Positions 1 through 10,724 are shown, counted from the first letter of the stretch. The stretch: 50,203 nucleotides of DNA from Pseudomonadota bacterium (GCA_046730955.1 JBKPKE010000038.1:1-50203); one strand, 5' to 3'. Translations and numbers: made by a program. Notes: generated from the letters alone by a model not told the origin.

Positions 1-880
1 GGCGCTGACAGATCATGTCAAGTTGATCCAGGCTGCTGTAATGCAGCGTGACCGTGCCCTTCTTGCCGTTGTGGGCAACGTCGACCTTGAGACCGAGCAT
101 GTCGCCAAGCTGCCGCTGAAGCGCCAACAAATCGGCGTCCGCGGGTTGTTTATGGTTGCGGGCGCTCCCCCGGGCGATGTCGTGACCTGCGCCGGGCTTG
201 ACCTTGCGCGCCTGATCCTCCGCCTGCCGAACCGAAAGACCCTTGGAGATGATTTCCTTGGTCAGCTCTTCCGGGTCCGGAGCCGTGGCAACGGCTCGCG
301 CGTGCCCCATGCTGATCTCGCCGCGCACCAGCGATTGCCGAACAAACTCCGGTAAGTCGAGCAATCTCAATAGGTTGGCGACATGACTGCGCGACTTATG
401 GACGAGCTTGGCCACCCCGTCCTGCGTGTGCGAATGCTTTTGAATGAGCTGCCGGTAGCCCTCCGCCTCTTCGATAGCATTAAGGTCTTCGCGCTGGATG
501 TTCTCGATCAGCGCAATCTCTGCCGCGGTTGAATCGTCGATCTCCCGAACCAATGCGGGGATGGTGTGAAGCTGCGCCCGCTGCGCCGCGCGCCAACGGC
601 GCTCCCCGGCAACGATCTCAAAGCCTTCTCCGTGCGGGCGCAAAAGGATGGGCTGCAAGACGCCGCGCTGCGAGATCGAATCCGCGAGCTCCTCGATGGC
701 CTCTTCCGTGAACTGAATGCGAGGCTGTTCCGGATTCGGCCTGATTCGGCCGATCTCTATCTCGCGCACTCCACCCGGCCGGACGGCCGGAGCCTCCGCC
801 GACGCGGTAGGCACGGCCACCTCGCCGAGAAGCGCTTGCAGTCCTCGGCCCAGCCCCGCCGCGGGCTTGTTCGTACTCAT
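1..880 (-). CDS. parB: ParB chromosome partitioning protein (3' end runs off the window)
   Basis: Not in the ORF track because it has no stop in the window. Manual translation from ATG 880 gives MSTNKPAAGLGRGLQALL...NPEQPR...GVLQPILLR...IVAGERRWRAA...ALIENIQREDLNAIEEA (ParB boxes I/II and HTH). ATGA overlap with the parA stop. Confidence 0.97.
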   Translation of the reverse strand, partial: MSTNKPAAGLGRGLQALLGEVAVPTASAEAPAVRPGGVREIEIGRIRPNPEQPRIQFTEEAIEELADSISQRGVLQPILLRPHGEGFEIVAGERRWRAAQRAQLHTIPALVREIDDSTAAEIALIENIQREDLNAIEEAEGYRQLIQKHSHTQDGVAKLVHKSRSHVANLLRLLDLPEFVRQSLVRGEISMGHARAVATAPDPEELTKEIISKGLSVRQAEDQARKVKPGAGHDIARGSARNHKQPADADLLALQRQLGDMLGLKVDVAHNGKKGTVTLHYSSLDQLDMICQR

Positions 881-1659
881 GCTGCCTCTGCAACGCGCGG
901 AAGCCGCGCCATCAGCTCACGCGCCAGGCGCACATATGCCTCGGATCCGGAACAGCGCAGATCGTAAATGAGCGCCGGCAGTCCGTGACTGGGAGCTTCG
1001 GACAGGCGAACATTCCGCGGCACGACCGTGTCGAAGACGGCGCGTCCCAGGCAGGCGCGGACGTCATCGGCAACCTGCTGTGAGAGCTTGTTGCGGCGGT
1101 CAAACATGGTCAGCGCGACCCCCAGGATCTGCAACTCGGGATTGAAGGCCACGCGGATCCGCTCGACTGTTTGGAGAAGCTGGCTGAGCCCTTCGAGGGC
1201 GAAGAACTCGCACTGAAGCGGAACGAGCAAATGCCTGGCTGCCACGAGGGCGTTGACCGTAAGTAGGCCGAGCGATGGCGGACAGTCGATCAGACAGATG
1301 TCCCAGCGTCCGCTTGGAACTGAGTCCAACGCTCTCTCAAGCCGGCGCGCGCGATCGGCAAGCGTAACCAGCTCGACTTCCGCACCCGAGAGGTCCATCG
1401 TCGCCGGCAGGAGTTCGAGACGCGGAACGCGCGTCGATACCACGCTGTCCACCAATTCGGCTGACCCGATCAGAACGTCATAGCTCGTATGTGCCCGGCC
1501 CGCCTGGCTGACTCCCAGCCCAGTCGACGCGTTCCCTTGCGGATCCAGGTCGATCAGAAGCACCTTCCAGCCTATCGCCGCCAGCGCCGTTGCAAGATTA
1601 ATCGCGGTGGTGGTCTTCCCAACCCCGCCCTTCTGGTTCGCTACGGCGACCCGCATCAT
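877..1659 (-). CDS. parA: ParA/Soj partitioning ATPase
   Basis: Deviant Walker A NQKGGVGKTTT, DLDPQGNA, IDCPPSLG, LSEAPSHG. Start placed at ATG 1659 (ATGA overlap with the rsmG stop). Confidence 0.97.
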   Translation of the reverse strand: MMRVAVANQKGGVGKTTTAINLATALAAIGWKVLLIDLDPQGNASTGLGVSQAGRAHTSYDVLIGSAELVDSVVSTRVPRLELLPATMDLSGAEVELVTLADRARRLERALDSVPSGRWDICLIDCPPSLGLLTVNALVAARHLLVPLQCEFFALEGLSQLLQTVERIRVAFNPELQILGVALTMFDRRNKLSQQVADDVRACLGRAVFDTVVPRNVRLSEAPSHGLPALIYDLRCSGSEAYVRLARELMARLPRVAEAA

Positions 1660-2270
1660 GGCTTTTTCCCCACCCCACTGGCGACCACGATGTAAGAATC
1701 GGGGTCGGTGATGCTTTGTTCCACGTGAAACACACCTTGCCACGCTTGCTGGGCTTCGGCCAGTTCCGTTCGCGCGCTTCGACCCTTCGGAAGCGCCCAA
1801 ATCGTGTTTTTTGTGGACAGATGGGAGGATATCTCGAACGCCTTGCTGAGTCCGGCGACGGCCCGAGCTGTGATCACGTCGAATTTCCCGGAAACCCGCT
1901 CAGACTTAGCCTGCCGCACAGTGACTCGCGAGGCCAGGCCAAGCACTTCCACGGCGTGATTGAGGAAGTCGGCTCGCAGGCGCCTTGGCTCAATCAGGTC
2001 CACCGGTCCGTCTACGAGAAGCGCAATAACGACACCGGGCAGGCCTGCGCCCGATCCGACATCTGCCCAGGACGAACCTGACCACGGCTCGAAACGCACC
2101 AACTGCGCTGAGTCAAGGATATGGCGCTCCCAAATTGTAGCGAGGGTCGAAGGCGCGATGAGGCTTTGCGATTGAGTTCCTACGAGCAGGAGCTCGACAA
2201 ATGCCTCTAGCATTTCGAACGTTTCACGTGAAACAAACCTGTGCGCTGCTGCCGAAATCGCCTCAATCAC
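1656..2270 (-). CDS. rsmG: 16S rRNA m7G527 methyltransferase RsmG (GidB)
   Basis: [16 protein letters not shown] and TARAVA motifs; canonical mnmG-rsmG-parA order. Confidence 0.95.
   Translation of the reverse strand: MIEAISAAAHRFVSRETFEMLEAFVELLLVGTQSQSLIAPSTLATIWERHILDSAQLVRFEPWSGSSWADVGSGAGLPGVVIALLVDGPVDLIEPRRLRADFLNHAVEVLGLASRVTVRQAKSERVSGKFDVITARAVAGLSKAFEISSHLSTKNTIWALPKGRSARTELAEAQQAWQGVFHVEQSITDPDSYIVVASGVGKKP
1717..1732. other. parS centromere-like site (inside rsmG)
   Basis: TGTTCCACGTGAAACA, one mismatch from the palindromic parS consensus TGTTTCACGTGAAACA. Confidence 0.85.
2220..2235. other. parS site (inside the rsmG 5' end)
   Basis: CGTTTCACGTGAAACA. Confidence 0.9.
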
Positions 2271-3943
2271 GCGGCGCGCCGTGACGCCGCAACGTAGAGA
2301 GCGGAAAGAGCAGCAGGCGTAACGCCGGGAATACGGGAGGCCTGATCCAGCGTCTCCGGCCTTGCGGCCTCAAGTCTCTCTGCCATTTCCGTAGAAATTC
2401 CCGGGATGGACGCGAATACCAGTTGGGCGGGTATCGCCACACGCACGTCCCGCTGAACCGCCTCCCACTCACGCTGCTGGCGATCCAAATAGGGAGCATA
2501 GAGCGTGTCTGCCCGGCCTTCCTCCGTTTCGGCCCACGAGGCGCTTGCGCGCGCCTTTAAGTGGCTTTCGATTTGCCGGTGACGGCGACCGGAAACGCAG
2601 CCCGCTTCCACAGCGAGCTTTCCCAGGCGGGTCGTCGCATTGTCGGCGCGTAGCGCCAGCCGATACTCCGCCCGCGCAGTCATCATTCGGTACGGCTCGC
2701 TAACACCCTGCAGCGTGAGGTCGTCGATCATCACGCCGATATAGCTTGTACGTCGATCGAAGTTGACCGGGCTGAGGTCACGTACGCGGGCGGCGGCATT
2801 AAGCCCCGCGGCAAGACCCTGGGCTGCCGCTTCTTCATATCCCGTCGTCCCGTTGATCTGACCGGCCAGGAAGAGACCGGTGATTTCACGCGCCTCCAGC
2901 GTCGAACCGAGTCCGCGGGGGTCAACGAACTCATATTCGACGGCGTAACCGGGCCGAGAGATTTCGACGCGATCGAGGCCGTCTATACTGCGCATGAAAT
3001 CGAGCTGCACGTCGGCCGGAAGAGAAGTAGACACTCCGTTCGGATAAACGAGATAATCGTCCAGCCCTTCCGGCTCGAGGAAGATCTGGTGGCTCTCCCG
3101 CTCGGCGAACCGCTTCACCTTGTCTTCAATGGACGGACAGTAGCGCGGGCCCCTGCCCTCGATAGCGCCGGCGAAGAGCGGCGAACGGTCGAAGTTCGCG
3201 CGAATGATGTCGTGCGTCCGCTCATTCGTTCGAGCAATAGCGCAGGCAAGTTGTGGAACCCGAGCGCCACCGTCCAACGCCGACATCGTCCATTGCTCGG
3301 CGTCGCTCGGCTGCTCCTCGAGCCTGGCCCAGTCGATCGTCCGTCCGTCGAGGCGCGGTGGCGTGCCCGTCTTCAAACGTCCTTGGGCTAGGCCAAGTTC
3401 GCGGACTTGGCCCGCGAGCGTGGCGGCGGCGCGCTCCCCGCAGCGCCCGCCCTCGCGCACCTCATCGCCTACGAAAATCCGAGCATCCAGGAAGGTACCC
3501 GTGGCAATGACCAGCGCACGACACTCCAAAAGGCCTAAGCTGGTCTTCAAGCCCCTGACTCGTCCGCTCTCCACGTGGAGCGCGAACGCTTCGGCGACGA
3601 TGACCTCAACGCCGCCTTGCGAGATCAGCGCGGCTAGTGCCAATCGATAGAGTTTCCGATCAGCTTGAATCCGCGGACCCTGCACGGCGGGCCCCTTGCT
3701 ACGGTTAAGCATCCGCCGGTGGATCGCTGCGCTGTCGGCGGCGCGAGCCATGAGTCCATCAAACACATCCAGCTCGCGAACCAGGTGTCCCTTCCCCACC
3801 CCGCCGATCGAAGGATTGCAGGACATTTGCCCGATGTCTGCCGAGCGGAAGGTGACGAGGCCGACACGCGCGCCACGACGGGCGGCCGCGGCCGCAGCCT
3901 CGCAACCGGCGTGGCCGCCGCCAATGACCAAGACATCGAACAT
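2267..3943 (-). CDS. mnmG: tRNA uridine-5-carboxymethylaminomethyl modification enzyme MnmG (GidA), 558 aa
   Basis: [45 protein letters not shown] and [17 protein letters not shown] motifs. Real start is ATG 3943, not the ORF-track 4420. Confidence 0.97.
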   Translation of the reverse strand: MFDVLVIGGGHAGCEAAAAAARRGARVGLVTFRSADIGQMSCNPSIGGVGKGHLVRELDVFDGLMARAADSAAIHRRMLNRSKGPAVQGPRIQADRKLYRLALAALISQGGVEVIVAEAFALHVESGRVRGLKTSLGLLECRALVIATGTFLDARIFVGDEVREGGRCGERAAATLAGQVRELGLAQGRLKTGTPPRLDGRTIDWARLEEQPSDAEQWTMSALDGGARVPQLACAIARTNERTHDIIRANFDRSPLFAGAIEGRGPRYCPSIEDKVKRFAERESHQIFLEPEGLDDYLVYPNGVSTSLPADVQLDFMRSIDGLDRVEISRPGYAVEYEFVDPRGLGSTLEAREITGLFLAGQINGTTGYEEAAAQGLAAGLNAAARVRDLSPVNFDRRTSYIGVMIDDLTLQGVSEPYRMMTARAEYRLALRADNATTRLGKLAVEAGCVSGRRHRQIESHLKARASASWAETEEGRADTLYAPYLDRQQREWEAVQRDVRVAIPAQLVFASIPGISTEMAERLEAARPETLDQASRIPGVTPAALSALYVAASRRAA

Positions 3944-4009
3944 GGAGGGTGCCCTTAATGGATATTCGCGCGAAGGGAAAATCGTCTCAGACGACTGACC
4001 GTTTCTGAC

Positions 4010-4025
4010 TGTTTCACGTGAAACA
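4010..4025. other. parS site (mnmE-mnmG intergenic)
   Basis: Perfect palindrome TGTTTCACGTGAAACA. Confidence 0.93.
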
Positions 4026-4029
4026 TCGA

Positions 4030-5310
4030 CTATTTGCCCAAGCAGAAGCGACCAAATAAAGCGTCGAGGACATCTTCCACGCCCGCCCGGCCCGTCATTC
4101 GATCGAACGCCCCGCGTGCCGATCGAAGATCCTCCGCCAGGAGGACATGATCGTCGGCGCTTGCGGCCGCATCTAGAGCAAGTCGAGCGTCGGACAGGCC
4201 CGCTGCCTGTCGACGGTTGAGCGCGATCGCGTCTTCCGCAGGCAAGAGGAATGGCGCGATCTCGCCAACTCGAGCAAGAAGCTCCGCCATTCCCTCTGCC
4301 GTCTTTGAAGATACGGGCATGGAACCGGCTGGGGCATCTCTCCGATCCGGCCGATCCGCTTGCGCGTGCACGAGAACCAGTTGCGCATGCGGAGGAGCGT
4401 TCTTCGGCTCTCCGAGCCAAAGGAGGATGTCCGCGGTTTCGAGCAAAGACCTGGCTCGGTCCACGCCGATCCGTTCCACCAGCTCGTCCGTTTCACGCAG
4501 TCCGGCCGTGTCAGTCAGCAGTATCGGTATTCCGTCCAGCGACATGGGAACATCGATCTGATCGCGCGTCGTTCCCGGAATGTCTGTGACAATGACTCGA
4601 TCCTGCCCGATTATAGCATTGATAAGGCTGGACTTTCCGGCGTTTGGCGGGCCCGCGACCACAACTCTAACACCATCCTTCAGGGGTTCCATCCGAGGTC
4701 TGTCCAACCACAGCTTCAGCTCAGATGCTAATGCGCCGCAATCGCGAGAAAGGCTGCGATCGGGCGTAACGTCCTCTTCTTCGACATAGTCGATCGCCGC
4801 CTCGGCCCGGGCGGAAAGCTGCAAAAGGCGTTGCAGCCACTCGTCCACTTGGCGCCTCAAACCCCCCTCCGCGAGCCTGAGAGCGGCACGACGCTGGCTG
4901 TCCGTCTCGGCCTCGATCAGATCGGCGAGACCTTCAGCCTCGGTCAGGTCGATGCGGCCGTTTTCAAAGGCACGGCGCGTGAATTCACCCGGCTGCGCAA
5001 GCCGAAGACCCTGGAGCGAGCTAAGCTGACGGAGGATTGCGTCGACGACGGCGCGACCGCCGTGACAATGGAATTCCACGGTATCCTCGCCTGTCGCGCT
5101 CGCCGGTCCGGCAAAGCAAAGGATGAGGGCCTCGTCCAGCGGCTCTCCAGCCTCGTCCCGCAAGGTCCGCAGAGAGGCTCGCCGGGACTCCGGAACCTTG
5201 CCAGCCAGCCCCCGGGCAACATCGTGCGCGCGAGGCCCGCTGATCCGGATGATGCTCACGGCCGCAGGTGGACGGCCGCTGGCGAGGGCGAAAATGGTGT
5301 CGGCGGACAT
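4030..5310 (-). CDS. mnmE: tRNA modification GTPase MnmE (TrmE)
   Basis: [40 protein letters not shown] and C-terminal FCLGK. Confidence 0.97.
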   Translation of the reverse strand: MSADTIFALASGRPPAAVSIIRISGPRAHDVARGLAGKVPESRRASLRTLRDEAGEPLDEALILCFAGPASATGEDTVEFHCHGGRAVVDAILRQLSSLQGLRLAQPGEFTRRAFENGRIDLTEAEGLADLIEAETDSQRRAALRLAEGGLRRQVDEWLQRLLQLSARAEAAIDYVEEEDVTPDRSLSRDCGALASELKLWLDRPRMEPLKDGVRVVVAGPPNAGKSSLINAIIGQDRVIVTDIPGTTRDQIDVPMSLDGIPILLTDTAGLRETDELVERIGVDRARSLLETADILLWLGEPKNAPPHAQLVLVHAQADRPDRRDAPAGSMPVSSKTAEGMAELLARVGEIAPFLLPAEDAIALNRRQAAGLSDARLALDAAASADDHVLLAEDLRSARGAFDRMTGRAGVEDVLDALFGRFCLGK

Positions 5311-5336
5311 AAGACCCGCTTAGCGCAGGGTGCGCG

Positions 5337-6062
5337 TCAGGCGAATAGCCTCCCCAGGCCAACTTCGGGGTGCACCCAGCCATCGTAGATCATCTTGAGA
5401 GCAACGTAGATGATCACGAGCAAGCCGATGTAGCCGATCCAGCGATAACGCTCGATGTAACGAGCGATGAGATTCGCTGCGACGCCCATCAAAATGACCG
5501 CGAAGATCAGTCCCACGATGAGGATGCCTGGATGGTCGCGCGCGGCACCCGCCACAGCGAGGACATTGTCCAGACTCATTGAGACGTCGGCGACTGCAAC
5601 AGCCCAAACGGCCGCCGCGAAACTCTTCGCGGGCCTCAAACCGGAATGCTCGTCCCCCTCAATCTCCTCAGACCCACCGGACTCGCCTTGATGACGCAGT
5701 TCCCGCCACATCTTCCAGGCAACCCACAACAACAGCAGACCGCCGACCAGGATGAGGCCGATGACCTGGAGCAGCTGAGTGACGATCAGCGCAAAGATGA
5801 TTCGCAGCACGAGCGCCGCCAGAACGCCGATGAGGATGACCTTCCGGCGCTGGTCCGCGGACAGGCCTGCAGCAAGCGCACCGACGACGATCGCATTGTC
5901 CCCGGCGAGCACCAGGTCGATCATCAGCACTTGCAGGAATGCCGCGAAGGCCGTGGGCTCCGTGATGTTGGAGAAATCGTGGACGATGGCGCCCCAAAGA
6001 TCGGCGGGCGGGCCATAATGCGCGGCCACAGCGGTAAGCGTGGTCAGCAGATACTGGAGCAA
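5337..6062 (-). CDS. TerC/YjbE-family integral membrane protein (start uncertain)
   Basis: DLVLAGDNAIVV and ADVSMSLDNVLAVA TerC motifs; multiple TM helices. Confidence 0.9.
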   Translation of the reverse strand: MLQYLLTTLTAVAAHYGPPADLWGAIVHDFSNITEPTAFAAFLQVLMIDLVLAGDNAIVVGALAAGLSADQRRKVILIGVLAALVLRIIFALIVTQLLQVIGLILVGGLLLLWVAWKMWRELRHQGESGGSEEIEGDEHSGLRPAKSFAAAVWAVAVADVSMSLDNVLAVAGAARDHPGILIVGLIFAVILMGVAANLIARYIERYRWIGYIGLLVIIYVALKMIYDGWVHPEVGLGRLFA

Positions 6063-6124
6063 GTCTTCCCCCTAGAGCGATGCCAGCTACCGGACCCAAG
6101 TGCGGCAACGGCATTTTGTTCCGC

Positions 6125-6829
6125 TTAGATGAAGCCGAGGGCGCTCCTCAAGCCAAGCACGTGTTCGCCCCCAACCCAGCCTTCATAGATCATGTTGCAC
6201 GCCACATAGAGGATGACGGCTAGGCCGATGTAATTGATCCAATGGTAGCGCTGGATAAGCCGCGCCACATAGTTTGCGGCAAAGCCCATGAAGAGGACTG
6301 AGAAGCTCAGCCCGACCACCAGCAAAGCCGGATTGTCCCGCGCAATCGACGCCACCAACAACACATTGTCGAGGCTCATCGACAAATCCGCGATCGTGAT
6401 CTGGATGGCGGCCTGGAGAAAGGTCTTGGTCCGCGGTGGGCCTTCGACCGCCGGCGTGTCCGGGTCGTCGCACACCAGTCGTTCGGAAGGATGCAGCTCC
6501 TTCCACATGTTGTAGGCAACCCAAAGGAGCAGGAGGCCGCCGGCAAAGACGAGCCCGGTCACCCTCAGGAGCTGCGTGGCAATCACCGCGAATGTGATCA
6601 GGAAACCCAGCGCCATGGCGACGCCGAGCATCAGGACGCGCTTGCGGTCCTTCTCTGGAAGCCCCGAGGCCAGCGACCCCATGATGACGACATTGTCGCC
6701 AGCCATGGTGAGGTCGCCGACGATGATCTGGCCGAGCTTGGCCATCCCGCCCGCGGTGAAGATGCTCGAGAAACTGAAGCCGGAAAGCATAAGCGCCTTG
6801 GGAACGCTCCGAATGGCGGGTTGAGCCAT
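6125..6829 (-). CDS. TerC/YjbE-family integral membrane protein, paralog 2 (start uncertain)
   Basis: DLTMAGDNVVIM and ADLSMSLDNVLLVA motifs. Confidence 0.9.
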   Translation of the reverse strand: MAQPAIRSVPKALMLSGFSFSSIFTAGGMAKLGQIIVGDLTMAGDNVVIMGSLASGLPEKDRKRVLMLGVAMALGFLITFAVIATQLLRVTGLVFAGGLLLLWVAYNMWKELHPSERLVCDDPDTPAVEGPPRTKTFLQAAIQITIADLSMSLDNVLLVASIARDNPALLVVGLSFSVLFMGFAANYVARLIQRYHWINYIGLAVILYVACNMIYEGWVGGEHVLGLRSALGFI

Positions 6830-6867
6830 GCACCGGCACGCGAGGCGTTTCGGTGCGCCGACTCAGC

Positions 6868-8124
6868 CTACTGGTTCATCGAAGCGAAGAAGTCCTCGTT
6901 CGACTTGGCGTCCTTCATCTTGTCGAGAAGGAATTGCATCGCGTCGACGGTACCCATCTGCATGAGGATGCGGCGAAGCACCCACATTTTCGAAAGCGTG
7001 CCTTGGTCGACCAGCAACTCCTCCTTGCGGGTGCCCGACTTGCCGACATCCAGCGAGGGGAAGATGCGCTTGTCTGAGACCTTACGATCGAGCACGATTT
7101 CGCTGTTGCCGGTACCCTTGAACTCTTCGAAGATGACCTCGTCCATCTTCGAGCCAGTGTCGATCAGCGCTGTTGCAATGATCGAAAGCGAACCGCCTTC
7201 TTCGATGTTGCGAGCGGCGCCGAAAAAGCGCTTGGGCCGCTGCAGAGCGTTGGCATCGACACCGCCGGTGAGCACCTTGCCCGAACTCGGCACGACCGTA
7301 TTGTAGGCACGGCCGAGGCGCGTGATGGAGTCGAGCAGGATCACGACGTCCTTCTTGTGCTCGACGAGGCGCTTCGCCTTTTCGATGACCATTTCGGCGA
7401 CCTGGACGTGGCGCGAGGCCGGCTCGTCAAAGGTGGAGCTGATCACCTCACCGTTCACGGAGCGCTGCATGTCGGTGACCTCTTCCGGCCGCTCGTCGAT
7501 GAGCAGCACGATGAGGATCACCTCGGGGTTATTGTCCGTAATCGCGCGGGCAATGTTCTGCAGCAGGACCGTCTTACCCGTCCGCGGCGGAGCGACGATC
7601 AGTGCGCGCTGACCCTTGCCGAGTGGCGAAACGATATCGATCACGCGCGCCGACTTATCCTTGATCGTCGGGTCCAGCGTGTCGAGCTTCAGCTTCTCAT
7701 CCGGATAAAGCGGCGTGAGATTGTCGAAATTGACGCGATGGCGGACCGCCTCCGGATCATCGAAGTTGATCGCGGTGACGCGGGTCAGAGCGAAGTAGCG
7801 CTCACCCTCCTTGGGCGCGCGAATTTCTCCCTCGACCGTATCGCCGGTACGCAGGCCGAAGCGACGGACCAGGCTCGGCGCGACGTAAATGTCGTCGGGA
7901 CCGGCGAGGTAGTTCGCTTCGGGCGAGCGCAGAAATCCGAAGCCGTCGTTCAGAACCTCGATCGTTCCCGACCCATTGATCTCGGCACCAGTGTCGGCAC
8001 GGACCTTGAGGATGGAGAACATGAGGTCCTGCTTGCGCAGGGTGGATGCGCCCTCGACGCCGAGTTCCTCGGCCATGGTGACGAGTTCAGCGGGGGTCTG
8101 TTTCTTGAGATCTTTGAGATGCAT
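6868..8124 (-). CDS. rho: Transcription termination factor Rho
   Basis: [27 protein letters not shown] and FKGTGNSE motifs; 418 aa. Confidence 0.99.
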   Translation of the reverse strand: MHLKDLKKQTPAELVTMAEELGVEGASTLRKQDLMFSILKVRADTGAEINGSGTIEVLNDGFGFLRSPEANYLAGPDDIYVAPSLVRRFGLRTGDTVEGEIRAPKEGERYFALTRVTAINFDDPEAVRHRVNFDNLTPLYPDEKLKLDTLDPTIKDKSARVIDIVSPLGKGQRALIVAPPRTGKTVLLQNIARAITDNNPEVILIVLLIDERPEEVTDMQRSVNGEVISSTFDEPASRHVQVAEMVIEKAKRLVEHKKDVVILLDSITRLGRAYNTVVPSSGKVLTGGVDANALQRPKRFFGAARNIEEGGSLSIIATALIDTGSKMDEVIFEEFKGTGNSEIVLDRKVSDKRIFPSLDVGKSGTRKEELLVDQGTLSKMWVLRRILMQMGTVDAMQFLLDKMKDAKSNEDFFASMNQ

Positions 8125-8332
8125 TTGGTGCGGACTTCGAACGAAGGTGGGGAGAAAACGGCTTTAAACAAAAAGCGCAGAACGGGCAGGACGCCTCATT
8201 CGGGAACAACGGTTCGTCGGCAAGGAAAGTGAACTGGCCGATTCAGCCGTCGGGCCCGAGGTATGTCTGGCGACCTGCCAAGTCAATGCTCACCCTCCGG
8301 TAGATTGAGGCGCCAGAGCAACACTTCGCGGC

Positions 8333-8785
8333 TTAGAATGGCTTTACGATCACCAGGACGACGATGATCGCTGCAACGACCCCGGGGAGTTCGTTCATGA
8401 TCCGCAGGGTCTTGCTGTCGAGCGGGCGCTTACCCGCCGCGAGACCCTTGCCGTACTTGCCCAGCCAACCCTGATAAGCGCTGAGGCCGACAACGAAGAG
8501 AAGCTTGGCCTGAAGCCAGTGCTGCGACCAGGCATTGGTGATGTAGGCGAGAGTCAGCCCAAGCACCCAGACGATAATCATCGAGGGGGTGAGGATGATG
8601 GTCCTGACGCGGTCCTCGCGCTCGATCCAGGCCCGATCCTCGGCCGAACCCGGCGTGGTCTCATGGTGATAAACGTAGAAACGCGGAAGAATGAAGAGCC
8701 CGGCCATCCAAAAGATGACGAAAGTGACGTGCGCAGCCTTCACCCACGGGTAAGCGGCACCTGCCAGTCCCGCGAGATCGCTCAT
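8333..8785 (-). CDS. hemJ: Protoporphyrinogen oxidase HemJ (CopD-like family)
   Basis: WVKAAHVTFVIFWMAGLFILPRFYVYH...NELP...VIVKPF; directly downstream of hemE. Confidence 0.9.
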   Translation of the reverse strand: MSDLAGLAGAAYPWVKAAHVTFVIFWMAGLFILPRFYVYHHETTPGSAEDRAWIEREDRVRTIILTPSMIIVWVLGLTLAYITNAWSQHWLQAKLLFVVGLSAYQGWLGKYGKGLAAGKRPLDSKTLRIMNELPGVVAAIIVVLVIVKPF

Positions 8786-9846
8786 CCGCGTCCTTTCACT
8801 GCGGCAAGCATCTGCTCGACATGAGCGATTGGTGTTTCCTGGAGAATGCCGTGCCCGAGATTGAAGATGTGCGGTCGCGAAGCAAAGGCGTCAAGCACGG
8901 CGCTGACGGCAGATATCATGCGCTCACCCCCGGCGAGAAGCGAGAGAGGATCGAGATTGCCCTGGACCGGCAGACTCTCCGGTAGCTGCGAATTCGCCCA
9001 GGACGGGTCGACTGTCTCGTCGAGACCGATTGCGTCGACTTCCGTCTCCCGAGCGTAGGCGCCAAGCTTGCCGCCAGCGCCCTTTGGAAACCCGATAATC
9101 CGAATATCCGGGTGGTACTTCCTGAGCCCAGCCACAATCCGCGCCGTAGGCGCGATCACCCAACGCTCGAACTCAGCCGGAGCAAGGCTTCCCGACCAAC
9201 TATCGAAGATTTGTACGGCCTCCGCACCCGCCTGAATTTGTGCGGATAGATAATCCAGGCTGACCTCTTCGATACGCGAGATAATCGATTGGAACCGGCC
9301 GGGGTCGGAATAAGCGAGGCGCCGTGTCTCCGACTGATCGCGGCTTCCCTGTCCGGCCACCATGTAGGTGGCAACCGTCCAGGGCGCGCCGGCAAAGCCG
9401 ATCAAGGTCTTCGACGGATCCATCGCCGCCTTCACCTTGCGAACCGTCTCGTAGATTGGGTCGAGCCGCGCCGCGAACGGGGTCAGCGAATCAAGGGTGC
9501 CGGTCATCAGCGGAGGAGTCAGACGAGGCCCTTCGCCAGCGACAAAGCTGAGATTCTGGCCGATCGCGAAGGGGACAATCAGAATGTCCGAAAACAGGAT
9601 CGCAGCATCCAGCTGGGGAAAACGGTTCAGCGGCTGAAGCGTCACCTTGGCGGCCGCGTCGCTGTCATAAACGAGGTCAAGAAAGCTGCCCTTGTCCGCC
9701 CGCAGCTGGCGGTACTCCGGGAGATAGCGCCCGGCCTGGCGCATCATCCAGACGGGCACGGGATCGACCCGCTGCCCGCTCAACACGGAGAGCAATGCCT
9801 TGTTCGAACCGTCAGCGTTGGAGGCTTCTCGCGGCGTGGACGCCAC
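8782..9846 (-). CDS. hemE: Uroporphyrinogen decarboxylase
   Basis: WMMRQAGRYLPEYR, AAILFSDIL, QGNLDP and HIFNLGHG motifs. Confidence 0.98.
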   Translation of the reverse strand: MASTPREASNADGSNKALLSVLSGQRVDPVPVWMMRQAGRYLPEYRQLRADKGSFLDLVYDSDAAAKVTLQPLNRFPQLDAAILFSDILIVPFAIGQNLSFVAGEGPRLTPPLMTGTLDSLTPFAARLDPIYETVRKVKAAMDPSKTLIGFAGAPWTVATYMVAGQGSRDQSETRRLAYSDPGRFQSIISRIEEVSLDYLSAQIQAGAEAVQIFDSWSGSLAPAEFERWVIAPTARIVAGLRKYHPDIRIIGFPKGAGGKLGAYARETEVDAIGLDETVDPSWANSQLPESLPVQGNLDPLSLLAGGERMISAVSAVLDAFASRPHIFNLGHGILQETPIAHVEQMLAAVKGRG

Positions 9847-10142
9847 CCTTCCTTTCTCCCTTATTATAGATTCTTAAAAAGACTGTTGATGTTAGTTGGG
9901 GCGCGGGACGCGGGGTTTAGGCGGGCCTCCCGATTTTGCCAACAAGGACCGATCCCGGACTCATGAGGCGAACCGGCGAGTCGCTACGCTTATTGCCCGA
10001 GACTCACAGGCTGGGGATTGAATCGATCACCCGTGGATGAATCTCGGGAAGGTCCAAAACGGATGTCGGACAATCGTTCGGTTGAGCCGTTCCCCATCTT
10101 CGCGCTAGGACCACGCACGGTGTTTTCCACAGGGTTGTTCCT
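9847..10142. other. Putative chromosomal replication origin (oriC)
   Basis: Divergent hemE/maf intergenic region, the typical alphaproteobacterial oriC position. AT-rich tract at 9861-9880. DnaA-box-like TTTTCCACA (10123-10131) and CGTGGATGA (10032-10040). TCCCCA W-box-like motifs (10012-10017 reverse, 10091-10096). Six GANTC sites (9869, 9958, 9978, 10001, 10020, 10039). parAB and parS are nearby. Confidence 0.8.
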
Positions 10143-10724
10143 TTGCCGCTGATCCTTGCCTCCGGAAGTTCGATCCGCCGGAAGATGCTTGAGGACGCGA
10201 GCGTCGATCATGTCGCCATTCGGCCGGATGTGAACGAAGCGGCGCTCAAGGCCGGGCAAACCGATGCGTCGTGGATCGCGCTCGCGCTCGCGAAAGCAAA
10301 GGCCATCGATGTCAGCGGAGGGCGAGCGAACGAATGGGTGATCGGAAGCGATTCAGTCGTCAGTGTCGGGCAGGGGTTGTTCGACAAGCCGCGCAATAGG
10401 GGGGAGGCCGCAGAGCATCTCCGCTTCTTTTCTGGCAAGACGCTCGTCCTGACGAGCGCAGTGGCGCTGGCGCGCGACGGGACGGTTGACTGGAGCCACG
10501 CCGAGAGTGCCGAGCTCCACGTGCGGCACCTCTCCTCCGAATTCATCGAGGCTTATCTTGCCGCCGAATGGCCGGAGGTGGGCAATTGCGTCGGCGTTTT
10601 CCGCATGGAAGGTCCCGGAGTACAATTGTTCGATGAGGTTGAAGGAAGCTATTTCACGATCCTTGGAATGCCGCTGATTCCGCTGCTTGGTGCCCTTCGC
10701 GAAAGAGGACTCCTGCAGTCATGA
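10143..10724 (+). CDS. maf: Maf family nucleotide pyrophosphatase
   Basis: LILASGSSIRRKML, IGSDSV, DKP and ILGMPL motifs. Confidence 0.93.
   Translation: MPLILASGSSIRRKMLEDASVDHVAIRPDVNEAALKAGQTDASWIALALAKAKAIDVSGGRANEWVIGSDSVVSVGQGLFDKPRNRGEAAEHLRFFSGKTLVLTSAVALARDGTVDWSHAESAELHVRHLSSEFIEAYLAAEWPEVGNCVGVFRMEGPGVQLFDEVEGSYFTILGMPLIPLLGALRERGLLQS

Noticed and set aside
1660-1800. ORF-track extension of parA; similar extensions for pheT, pheS, rpmI, prs, zitP and aceB
   Set aside because: They overlap neighbouring genes or promoters; downstream starts have an RBS or ATGA coupling and match family N-termini.
3944-4420. ORF-track N-terminal extension of mnmG (717 aa)
   Set aside because: Overlaps mnmE in another frame; homology starts at [10 protein letters not shown] (ATG 3943).
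6830-6867. yybP-ykoY Mn riboswitch before the TerC genes
   Set aside because: Spacers are only about 40-60 bp and lack the motif.
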